Shown here: positions 20,596 to 29,032 of the stretch, in pieces
Layout: each line of letters opens with the position of its first letter
How positions within the stretch are numbered: position 1 is the first letter of the stretch
Origin: Planctomycetaceae bacterium
GTDB lineage: Bacteria > Planctomycetota > Planctomycetia > Pirellulales > Pirellulaceae
Length of the DNA: 64,000 nucleotides
Assembly: GCA_016795075.1 (NCBI GenBank)
Contig: JAEUIP010000001.1
Span: 20,608 to 84,607, forward strand
Reading direction: 5' to 3'
Notes under the pieces: generated by a model
Seen by the model: the letters and a program-made list of their open reading frames with translations, nothing else
Told to the model about the DNA's origin: nothing
The model's database searches: none
Program-made: the position numbers and the translations under genes

Positions 20596-21270
20596 CTACT
20601 CGGCGTCGTGGTCCTCGTGGGTGATCTTCACTTCATGTCCCATCTCCGCGAGAAGGGATGCAACGGCTTCGTCCATGGCAGCACCACGGACGTTCTTGAA
20701 CCGGATGACACCGTCCTTGTCCAAGACATAAATGGTTGGCCAACCTCGAACGCGCCAAGCTCGCGATATCGCGCCGCCCGTTCCTTCCGGGCCATTCCAG
20801 AAACTTCGCCAACTAATGTTTTTTGCTCTCGAGACTTCTCGAATTTCGTTGACATCCTTGTCGCTGTTGACGCCGATCAAACTAAACGGTTTGTCAGAGA
20901 GTTGTTTAACGAGCGACCGCTCGTGCGGGTACATGGCCCGACAAGGCGGTCACCAATCCCCCCAAAAGTCTAAAACAACCACTTTGCCGCGATAGTCACT
21001 CAATTTGAACTCGACTCCGTCGAAGTCCGAACCGATGATCTCGGGAGCGACCTTGCCAATTTCTAAATTAGCTTCGTCGATTACCGGATTATTTTCGGCA
21101 GTTGGGGCGGCGACCGGAATCATTTCTTTGGGCTTTGATTCGGTTGTGGCGGGATTCGGTTGGCCTGACGGCGCCGAGTTCTTGGCAACCGTCGGATTAC
21201 CGGGTTCGGCACATCCAAGCGAGATTCCGATCATCGCCAACAGCCCGAGCCGTTGGATCTTTTTTCTCAT
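20596..21270 (-). CDS. TlpA/ResA-like thiol:disulfide oxidoreductase lipoprotein with predicted selenocysteine (UxxC: W-U-P-P-C); in-frame TGA at 20950-20952
   Basis: ORFs 20950..21291 and 20596..20934 are in the same frame, separated only by TGA plus 5 codons. Joined, they read GKVVVLDFWGDW-U-PPCRAMYPHERSLVKQLSDKPFSLIGVNSD...GWPTIYVLDKDGVIRFKN, which is the redoxin/TlpA layout. The signal peptide and lipobox are MRKKIQRLGLLAMIGISLGC, and AGGAGG lies 7 nt upstream of ATG 21270. Confidence 0.75.
20909..20924 (-). promoter_or_regulatory. SECIS-like hairpin downstream of the in-frame UGA (gene at 20596..21270)
   Basis: The mRNA reads UGA + 25 nt, then ACGAGC-GGUC-GCUCGU (6-bp stem, GGUC tetraloop). 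The same 16 nt occur at the same offset in the paralog. Confidence 0.55.
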
Positions 21271-21298
21271 ACGACACCTCCTAGGTCCCACGTGGTCA

Positions 21299-22687
21299 TT
21301 ACTGGTCTCCTTCCGCTTCGTGAGCGATTTGGACGGAATGCCCCATTTCGGATAGCAACTTCGTCAAAGCCTTATCCATATCGGCACCCCGTGCATTCTT
21401 GTATCGGATCACACCATGTTCGTCCAAGATGTAAATCGTCGGCCAACCAGTAACGTTCCACTGGGCCGAAATAGGACCACCGGTCCCCTCAGGCCCATTC
21501 CAGAAGCTCCGCCAGTTGAGATTCTTCTCCTTGACAGTTGCCCGAATCTGTTCTAGTTCGCGATCACTATTGACGCCAATCAAGGCGAATGGTTTGTCGG
21601 AGAGTTGTTTGACGAGCGACCGCTCGTGTGGGTACATGGCCCGGCAAGGCGGTCACCAATCTCCCCAAAAGTCTAGCACCACCACTTTGCCGCGATAGTC
21701 GCTTAGCTTGAATGCCACTCCATCCAAATCGCTACCAATGATATCGGGCGCGACCTTGCCAATGCTGAGATTTTCGACAGCAAACAACAATCGCTCGGCC
21801 TGCGGCCCAAGCGGCCGTCGCGCGCTGTCAGAGACATCCGCGTATTTAGAAATGACTTCATTCAACAGCTTTAGAACCCGCTCTTCTAATGCAGGATTGT
21901 CCGCACTGGACAATTGCCGTGCCAGCATGAATGTCGCCACACCTTTCACGGCTTTATCTTTCGCCTTGGATTGCAATTTTTCCAGCATTGCTAAGTCACG
22001 GGCGATCAGACCGATGAAGGGAAGAATTTCAGGACTATCCGCGAAATGTTGGACCAACGCCTCGATCGCCGTAGCGGCTTCGGTTCCTTGAGCTCCATTA
22101 CGGACGACCCAGATGTACACGTCCCGGGCAACTTCCGATTGCGGCACGGCTTCTACCAACTTCAACAATTGCTGGCTGGTCTCTTGAACCAACGGCTGAC
22201 GAGCATTTCGAATTTGAGCCGCGTCGGTTCCCGATTGCTTCAGCTGTTCCTCACGTTGGTTGAAGCTGTCCAAAATAGACTGCAACTCGTCCTTCAAGTC
22301 TTCGCCGCGCTGTTTCGACTCGGCAGCTGCTTTCTTCTTGGCGGCGTTTTCGGCCAACATTGTTTTACGATAATCGGCTGCATAACGGCGATCGGCCTCC
22401 GACAACTGGTCCAAGGCGACCGTGCGTTCCGTCCCATCCGCCAATATCAGGACGACAGAGTCGCGTTTCAGTTCTTTAATCGTGGCTTCGACCGAAAATT
22501 TTCCACTTGCATTGGTCCAAGTTCTGGCCTCTTGCGACCAAGACGGGGCCGTCACACCACAGCAGATCACGAACAGAGTGGCCAACGTGATCTGCCATCT
22601 GGAAATACTCCATCTTGAAACAGGTCTGTGGCGCGGTGGCCAACCAACCCGATGCAGTTCGATTTTTGGGGTTAATTCTTGCGTCAT
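21299..22687 (-). CDS. SHD1-domain / helical-domain / TlpA-like thiol:disulfide oxidoreductase with predicted selenocysteine (W-U-P-P-C); in-frame TGA at 21653-21655
   Basis: ORFs 21653..22687 and 21299..21637 are in the same frame, separated by TGA plus 5 codons. The junction GKVVVLDFWGDW-U-PPCRAMYPHERSLVKQLSDKPFALIGVNSD is the same as in the neighbour. The N-terminus has a TM/signal segment and RTWTNASGKFSVEATIKELKRDSVVLILADGTERTVALDQLSEADRRY (SHD1-like). Confidence 0.75.
21612..21627 (-). promoter_or_regulatory. SECIS-like hairpin downstream of the in-frame UGA (gene at 21299..22687)
   Basis: ACGAGC-GGUC-GCUCGU lies 25 nt after the UGA. Flanking codons carry synonymous changes relative to the paralog (CCG/CCA, UGU/UGC, GUU/GUC) while the hairpin is invariant. 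Confidence 0.55.
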
Positions 22688-22833
22688 GAAGTCTCACCTC
22701 GTTTCACACAGAAAGGTAGTTCCTACGACCGGAGTCGCTGCATTGTAAGCAAATCGAGCCCACGAATGCCAGCGGAACTAGTAAGTTATCGACGATTTTC
22801 CAGGCAATTGACGAGGACCGCTGAGAGAAGTCG

Positions 22834-23520
22834 TTAAACACCCCGTTGAAAACCGTACCATTCGATATGCTTCCGCGAGCAAAGCCGCCATCCGCGGGCC
22901 AAGCATTCTTGGCCTAGCCACTCCTCTTTTTGTTCCAACGATGCGGCATCGGTCCCTTGCGGCATCAGCCAAATCTGGGCTGCCTGGAGAAATTCAAATC
23001 GCCCCACAAAGGATTCGATATCGAAGAGGTCCTCGGGAGCCTCCACAACAAATTTCAATTGACACGCGTATTGACTCAGAAGTTGCAACAAGACATCAGG
23101 GCGGAAACGATCGCGCTGGTGGCGTTGCCGCCACTTCCCGGCTCGTTCAGGGCTGGGGTCGGAGTTAGCGAGTTTCGGGCTGATGCTCATCAGGTCGCAA
23201 GCCACCGGCAATTGGAGTGTGCCGGCCGTCTCGATGGTGATGTGTTTTCCCAACCGATGCAACTGTTGGGTCAGTGGAATCAACTCGGAGAACAACATCG
23301 GTTCGCCCCCGGTGATCACGACATGATTCAAGCCATGCGATTGGACCTCGCCGACAACTTCCTCGACCGATCGATCTTCACCTTCGGGATGCCACGACGC
23401 GTAGGGAGTATCGCAAAACCAGCACCGCAAGTTGCAGCCGGAAACGCGAATAAAGCTACTCGGTGTCCCCGTCAATAGACCTTCACCCTGACGACTTGAA
23501 TAGATTTCCGAAATGTTCAT
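22834..23520 (-). CDS. queE: 7-carboxy-7-deazaguanine synthase QueE (radical SAM)
   Basis: MNISEIYSSRQGEGLLTGTPSSFIRVSGCNLRCWFCDTPY carries the CxxxCxxC cluster and the QueE-type N-terminus. VVITGGEP is also present. Confidence 0.9.
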   Translation of the reverse strand: MNISEIYSSRQGEGLLTGTPSSFIRVSGCNLRCWFCDTPYASWHPEGEDRSVEEVVGEVQSHGLNHVVITGGEPMLFSELIPLTQQLHRLGKHITIETAGTLQLPVACDLMSISPKLANSDPSPERAGKWRQRHQRDRFRPDVLLQLLSQYACQLKFVVEAPEDLFDIESFVGRFEFLQAAQIWLMPQGTDAASLEQKEEWLGQECLARGWRLCSRKHIEWYGFQRGV

Positions 23521-24059
23521 TTATTCTTACGTGACTTTTTCTCAGTCGATTGTTTTTCCAAGATCGAGAGAAGATACGTGCGGTTGGTCGTCATCCTCTC
23601 GCGGGCAAGGCACGCCAACTGCCACGCATTTTTTTTGCCATAACGCTGGAGTGAAAAATTGATTTTGTGACGTTGTCCGACCTCATCGGTCCAACTAGCG
23701 CAATAAGCTTCATGGACGTCACCAGCCCGATCGCGGGAAACCGCCAGATAGACGCCGACTCGGCCCGTTTGATTGCGACTTGTCAAACGATCTTTTGTCG
23801 AGAGCCGCTGTGGTAATTCGCGAGACCACGTCAAATATTGAGCGACCGCTGCCGCGCGTGATTTTTTCATGCCCCCATACTTCATGTCCGAGAAGAATTT
23901 CTGATGTCGTAAACCTTGCCGAGCAATTCGAACCATGTAGCCGTGTGTCCGGCGTTCCTCAATATCAAACCTCGTAATCCCGGGAGCGACTCGTCGGGTG
24001 TTGGTGATCGGGGGACGTCTGCCTTCTCGCGTTGTTTTTCCAAGTCGTTTCGCACACAT
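23517..24059 (-). CDS. putative DNA-binding protein with two AP2-like repeats
   Basis: GYMVRIARQGLRHQKFFSDMKYGGMKKSRAAAVAQ and GVYLAVSRDRAGDVHEAYCASWTDEVGQRHKINFSLQRYGKKNAWQLACLARE resemble AP2/integrase-type DNA-binding domains. The stop overlaps the queE start (ATGA). Confidence 0.45.
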   Translation of the reverse strand: MCAKRLGKTTREGRRPPITNTRRVAPGITRFDIEERRTHGYMVRIARQGLRHQKFFSDMKYGGMKKSRAAAVAQYLTWSRELPQRLSTKDRLTSRNQTGRVGVYLAVSRDRAGDVHEAYCASWTDEVGQRHKINFSLQRYGKKNAWQLACLARERMTTNRTYLLSILEKQSTEKKSRKNK

Positions 24060-24306
24060 TCATAGTTTCCACGAACAATTCTAGTCTTCATGACGTTTAG
24101 GCGGTTTCAGCCGCAATCTAATACTCTCGTATTTCAACGCCATATCTTGCATCAATTCGGGCGATATTGACAAGGAGAGAACGGCCTGGATCGCGCAAAA
24201 AATCGCGGATTTTTGCCTGGGAAACCAGCAAAAAGGCTGCCTCTAGCGGAGTATGAACCTTCCACCACAAGCAAACTAGATGGTTTTTGCAACGTGGGCG
24301 CTAAGA

Positions 24307-27300
24307 CTACTTCACAGAAAGATCGGCGGCCGGAACATCTAACAAATACGCCAACAGGTCACTCATTTGAGCAGGTGTCAACGTTCGCTCCAAACCCTCC
24401 GGCATGATGGATTGCCCCGTATTTTTGAGCTCTTGGATTTCCGATCGCAATAGCGTCTCTCGGACATTGTCGGCTCGCTGAAGGAGTATGCTGGTTGCAT
24501 TTTCCTCGACTAAAATTCCCGTACTCGTCCGGCCGTCATCGCGAAGAACGACATAATTAAAATACTGCGGATTGACCTCCAAGTTCGGGTCCAAAACATT
24601 GTTTAAGATAAAGTCGATTCCTTTATGTGCTAACCCAGCCAACGAAGGTCCCAAGGCTGACCCATGTCCTTCCAACTGGTGACAGCCCGCACAATGTTCC
24701 CGAAACAACCGACGACCGTTTTCTCGATCGGTTGGTTCGACCAATCCCGTCCGATAACGCGCGATCAAGTCACCGCGATCTTGCGGAGTCCATTGCGACA
24801 AGAACTCCGTCGCTATCGACTGTTGCTCGGGGGTTCCCCGTTGCGCGATGGATTCCCAACGATCTTTCGGGAACTCGCGCGCCGTGATTGTCCCTCGTGC
24901 AATGGCGGCCAAAACCACATCTACATAACTCGGGTCCGCAAACAGCGCTTCCACCACCGCTTGGCGGACACGCGGACTTAGCGAAGGCCAACTCGCTAGG
25001 TAGTGCTCCGCGATCTCGGGCGTTCGAATGTTCGTCAACGTGCGAATCACAAGCAGTTGAACATCCGTTGGCTGGTTGGGGTTTAGCCAGTCCAGGAGTT
25101 GTTCGCGAACCGCATTGGGCTCCGCGTATTCCAACAACGCAAACCCTCGTTCCAACTGCGACGCAGACCCTGGAACACCGTCTCGCCAATTGGTCACTTG
25201 AGTCGCCACGTCCGACAAAGCGGTTCTTTGCAAGGTGGCAATCCATGATCGCACGACTTCGAGATCGATTCGTTCAAAATGGGGTTCATTCGCGACATTC
25301 GTTGATTGTACCTCGAGCAATTTGTCCCACACCGGTTTGACCACGACCAATTGCTGTGGCTGTTGCGACAATCGGAATACCGTTTGAAATTCCTGGAGCA
25401 AAGTCGCCCACTGTTCCCTAGGGCTTTCGGCTAACATCTGTCGCACCAATGAACTCAACCAAGTCGAAGGCCATTCAACATCACGGTGATCACGCAAACT
25501 GGTCAAGAGTAATTCGCCGGCTAAACCGGTAGCCGAGCTTTGCAAAGCGGTTTGCATCCACGGTTGGTCGATGTCTTGCCGCGCGAGCTTGACCAACGCC
25601 GGAACAGCCGTTGTGCGATTTTCCCCGGAAAGACTGCCTAACGAAAATGCCAACTGGTACCGAACTTCCGGGTGCGGATCGTCGACCAAGCGCAACCATT
25701 CCGCCAAGAGATTGTCATCCATTTGGCTGCCACTGAGAAACGATTCCGCCAAACGAACGGCATGACGACGGACTTGCGGATGGGCATCGCGCAATCCTTT
25801 CACAACCATCGAAGGCGAAAGAGCATCCAACCCGGCCAACACATACAGGGCATGCATTCGCCCGAGAGCGCTGTGCGAGTCTTCAACCAACGCTTCTAAC
25901 TCCGGCCGCACGCTGGTGTCTTGCCGCTCGTACAACAAACGAGCCGCCGTTTCGCGATGCCAGGCATTCGGATGTTCCAACAAACGAACCAAATGCTTGG
26001 ATCGCTCACTCCGTAACTTTGGCGTCGGCCTGTGTTGGAACCCTGGAGGAATAATTCGATACAGTCGGCCGCGATCGCGCCCAGAATTCAGATCGATGTG
26101 TTGCTTGATTTCCGGTGGCAAGCTGTGGGGATGTTCGATCACTTCCCGATAGACATCAATAACATGCAATGTTCCGTCTGGGCTATTTTCGAACTGAGCC
26201 GGTCGAAACCAAACATCACGAGACGCCACCCATTCACGCTGCAGATCGATTCTCGTGCCCACATGCGCGAGCCCCTGTCGCTCGAGTCGTTTGCGGTGAA
26301 TCAGATTCCCGCCGACATCCCCCACGACCGCGAGATTGGATTCGCCGGACGGGTCACGCCACAGAACCGCATCGCGCGACAAGTCTTCATCGCGCGACAA
26401 GTCTGCTTCGCGCGACAAGTCTGCGTAGGCGTCACCTCGATAGATATTGATGCCGGTGGCGCCGGTAAAATAGCCGGCGGCTCGTCCGCCGCCTTCAATC
26501 GGTCCACGGACGACACCGCTGACGCGCAATCTGGTGCGCAAGATTCGCCAGGGCTCGACGGGACTGATTCGAAAAACCTCTGCTTGCGGACCATCGGCGG
26601 CAATCGACAAACGACCAGGCGCGGCCAACACATGCGGGTTTCTCGCCAAGTATCGCCCCTCGTACATGATCTGTTGCAAATGATCGCTATTCGAGCACAC
26701 AAACTTTCGCCCCCAATCGTCGAAGGCCATACCATGTTGCGCCGCTCCGGTGGTCAATTCCCAACGTCCCGTACGTGGGTCCAGTGCCAAGTCGCGACCT
26801 TGTAAATCAAACGCCATTTCGGGGCCATCCTGTTCGCGATAAACACGTCCACCGTTGGAGCTGCAAGCCAAATGAATCCGATTGTCCAAGCCCCAACGAA
26901 ACGAATTGGCCAAACCCTGAACATTGCCAGTACCCAATCCCGTCAACACCAACTCCCGGTAATCTTGGCGACCATCGCCATCTTGATCGCGAAAGAACCA
27001 AACTTGAGGTGCGTCGACAACGAACAAACCACCGTTGGAGGGAAACAGGGCGGTCGGCCAATACAACTGATCCGCAAATACGACGCTGTCGTCGAAGATC
27101 CCGTCGTCGTTCAGGTCCCGCAAACGCACAATCCGCGACAAGCGATCGTCGCGATGCTCGCTGTAGCCCCGCATTTCGCAAACGAACAAATCCCCTTGTT
27201 CGTCCCACTGCATCGCCACAGGACTGGTGACCATTGGCTCAGCAGCCGTCAGTTGCATGGCAAACCCGTCGGTTGTTTCAAACGAAAGCAATGCCTGGTC

Positions 27301-28779
27301 GGGCTCACGCGGCTTGATACGCGGGAGCTGCGATTGGTAATTTGGCGCCGCATGCTCATCGACCAAGAGCTTCTTGATGCCGTCCATCAAGACCGCTTCG
27401 ACCCCCGGACCCACGTTTGAGGAACGCGGCTCGGTTTCATAGCCACCTTGTTCATACGCGATGGCCGTACCGATGTATCCCGTGGCGTAATCCCCATAAG
27501 CCGCCATCGCAACCGTGAGGTCGGGGCGCAAGGCCTTCGCCGCTAATTGATATTCGACAAACAATTCGCCCGGCATGTGCAGGACGCGCACGGGCCCAAT
27601 CTTCAAACAAGACAGTTCGATCGGTTGACCGGACTGCGCTCGGAGCCAAAACGCCAAGCGGTCTGGGCTGCCAAAGAAATCGGTCCTTTTCCACTGAGCC
27701 AGACTTTTCCGCATGGCCGCGGGATCCAAATGATCCGCGACGGGTAAATGGACCGGTTCGACTTTCCAATCGACCAGATCGGGAGTCAGTGGCATGCGGT
27801 TTTGATTCTTCAACGCTGCCCGCATGCCATCGGCCATCCGCTCGGCCAATCGTAGCCGATTCTCGGGGCTCCCATCGTTGTATTTACCGGCTCCTAAATT
27901 TCCGCCGGCTCCGTTGAAATGCACATGCAGTGCGGACGGAACGTCTTGCCCATGCATGAAGCGCGCGATCCCAGGAAAATCGGGACTTGGTACACCGGTC
28001 CGATAATAACTCTGTGGGTGACACGCATAATAGGTCAAGATCGCCACCGGATCGGCTCCGTTGTAAAACGCCAACGAAGTCAATTGTGGGTCGATGACGC
28101 CTTCGGGTTCGGCCCGGATCGCGGGATCACGGGTCGCCGTAAAACGAGTGGCGCGGACTTTCCCATCAGGCCCAAGGATTCGTCGGTTCGACGCGACTTC
28201 CCGAACATCGGCCACCCCGTAGCCAAACTCGGAAATGGGTACCGCCGTGGTCAAACTTCGCTGAACGGCTACGGACAACCGTTGGAGCACCTCGCGAGCC
28301 AACGCACTTTGATAAAAGCCCAAGTCGCTAACGCCCGCCTCGATCAGTAGTCGTTCGGCCGAGGCATCAAAGCGGGGCGCATCATGTTGATGCAAGGCGT
28401 GAACGGCCACACGCGCTGGCGTGGTCCCCGCAGCCTGGGCCAGGACTTCGCGAAACAGATCGTGGCCTTCATTGCCAATCCCGATCCAATCGATGGCACA
28501 GAGCACGATCGGTTCGTCAATGCCTAACAACACCATGCCCCGACAACGGAGCCCTAATTCATCGACGCGGCGAACCGGATCGTACGCCATCATCATGCCA
28601 ACTTCGGGCGTGGCATCGATATCAAACGTGGCCAAGCGAACGCCTATTGGAGTCGCGTCAGTCTCTTGAATTGGCAAGGCCGCGTGCGTCCCCGCGGAGC
28701 TCGTAAGTAACCACGCGACCAGAAGGCCTGCGGCACAACTTCGAAGCGAGGCCACAGCCGTTCGCAACCTTGAAAACAT
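24307..28779 (-). CDS. large secreted multidomain PVC-type heme-binding protein (N-terminal hydrolase-like region, dehydrogenase-like beta-propeller, HEAT repeats, C-terminal cytochrome c domain)
   Basis: A signal peptide is followed by a central region typical of planctomycetal 'membrane-bound dehydrogenase domain' proteins (DGDGRQDYRELVLTGLG...). HEAT-like repeats are present (HPQVRRHAVRLAE, PHPEVRYQLAFSLG). The C-terminus carries CAGCH heme c motif followed by ...SIMPEGL. Confidence 0.85.
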   Translation of the reverse strand: MFSRLRTAVASLRSCAAGLLVAWLLTSSAGTHAALPIQETDATPIGVRLATFDIDATPEVGMMMAYDPVRRVDELGLRCRGMVLLGIDEPIVLCAIDWIGIGNEGHDLFREVLAQAAGTTPARVAVHALHQHDAPRFDASAERLLIEAGVSDLGFYQSALAREVLQRLSVAVQRSLTTAVPISEFGYGVADVREVASNRRILGPDGKVRATRFTATRDPAIRAEPEGVIDPQLTSLAFYNGADPVAILTYYACHPQSYYRTGVPSPDFPGIARFMHGQDVPSALHVHFNGAGGNLGAGKYNDGSPENRLRLAERMADGMRAALKNQNRMPLTPDLVDWKVEPVHLPVADHLDPAAMRKSLAQWKRTDFFGSPDRLAFWLRAQSGQPIELSCLKIGPVRVLHMPGELFVEYQLAAKALRPDLTVAMAAYGDYATGYIGTAIAYEQGGYETEPRSSNVGPGVEAVLMDGIKKLLVDEHAAPNYQSQLPRIKPREPDQALLSFETTDGFAMQLTAAEPMVTSPVAMQWDEQGDLFVCEMRGYSEHRDDRLSRIVRLRDLNDDGIFDDSVVFADQLYWPTALFPSNGGLFVVDAPQVWFFRDQDGDGRQDYRELVLTGLGTGNVQGLANSFRWGLDNRIHLACSSNGGRVYREQDGPEMAFDLQGRDLALDPRTGRWELTTGAAQHGMAFDDWGRKFVCSNSDHLQQIMYEGRYLARNPHVLAAPGRLSIAADGPQAEVFRISPVEPWRILRTRLRVSGVVRGPIEGGGRAAGYFTGATGINIYRGDAYADLSREADLSRDEDLSRDAVLWRDPSGESNLAVVGDVGGNLIHRKRLERQGLAHVGTRIDLQREWVASRDVWFRPAQFENSPDGTLHVIDVYREVIEHPHSLPPEIKQHIDLNSGRDRGRLYRIIPPGFQHRPTPKLRSERSKHLVRLLEHPNAWHRETAARLLYERQDTSVRPELEALVEDSHSALGRMHALYVLAGLDALSPSMVVKGLRDAHPQVRRHAVRLAESFLSGSQMDDNLLAEWLRLVDDPHPEVRYQLAFSLGSLSGENRTTAVPALVKLARQDIDQPWMQTALQSSATGLAGELLLTSLRDHRDVEWPSTWLSSLVRQMLAESPREQWATLLQEFQTVFRLSQQPQQLVVVKPVWDKLLEVQSTNVANEPHFERIDLEVVRSWIATLQRTALSDVATQVTNWRDGVPGSASQLERGFALLEYAEPNAVREQLLDWLNPNQPTDVQLLVIRTLTNIRTPEIAEHYLASWPSLSPRVRQAVVEALFADPSYVDVVLAAIARGTITAREFPKDRWESIAQRGTPEQQSIATEFLSQWTPQDRGDLIARYRTGLVEPTDRENGRRLFREHCAGCHQLEGHGSALGPSLAGLAHKGIDFILNNVLDPNLEVNPQYFNYVVLRDDGRTSTGILVEENATSILLQRADNVRETLLRSEIQELKNTGQSIMPEGLERTLTPAQMSDLLAYLLDVPAADLSVK
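26373..26426 (-). repeat. in-frame 3 x 18-bp tandem repeat inside the 1490-aa CDS
   Basis: Three consecutive units are CGCGCGACAAGTCTTCAT, CGCGCGACAAGTCTGCTT and CGCGCGACAAGTCTGCGT. They encode ADLSREADLSRDEDLSRD. Confidence 0.9.
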
Positions 28780-28820
28780 ATATCCCTCGCTTTCGCTTGG
28801 GGTGGAGGATGGCCCCCCGA

Positions 28821-29032
28821 GTGCATTGTCACAACTTATCTTTAGGGTCTGGTAAAGGTGTCAGGAGTCAATTGTGCGAAGCACCGTCAGGGCCGTTCCG
28901 GCAATTGACTCCTATCGGTCTGGTAAAGGTGTCAGGAGTCAATTGTGCGAAGCACCCAAAGGGCCGTTCCGGCAATTGACTCCTGACACCTTTACCAGAC
29001 CGACCCCAAAACCAAGTAGTGACAAAGCACTA
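28821..29032. repeat. MITE-like nested palindromic element with tandemly duplicated core (M4)
   Basis: The termini are GTGCATTGTCAC (28821-) and GTGACAAAGCAC-TA (-29032). The 29-nt arm GGTCTGGTAAAGGTGTCAGGAGTCAATTG occurs twice (28846-28874 and 28917-28945). One full complementary arm lies at 28973-29001 and a truncated one at 28902-28913. Confidence 0.85.

Noticed and set aside
20935-20952. The in-frame TGA in the redoxin genes (and its twin at 21653-21655) read as a pseudogenising nonsense mutation or as a true gene boundary
   Set aside because: The same stop sits at the same catalytic-Cys column in two diverged paralogs. The downstream halves lack their own N-terminal fold elements and have no RBS, and the 5 intervening codons (PPCRA) complete the CxxC motif. 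An identical hairpin follows both. Sec recoding explains all of this, although it remains unproven without the Sec machinery.
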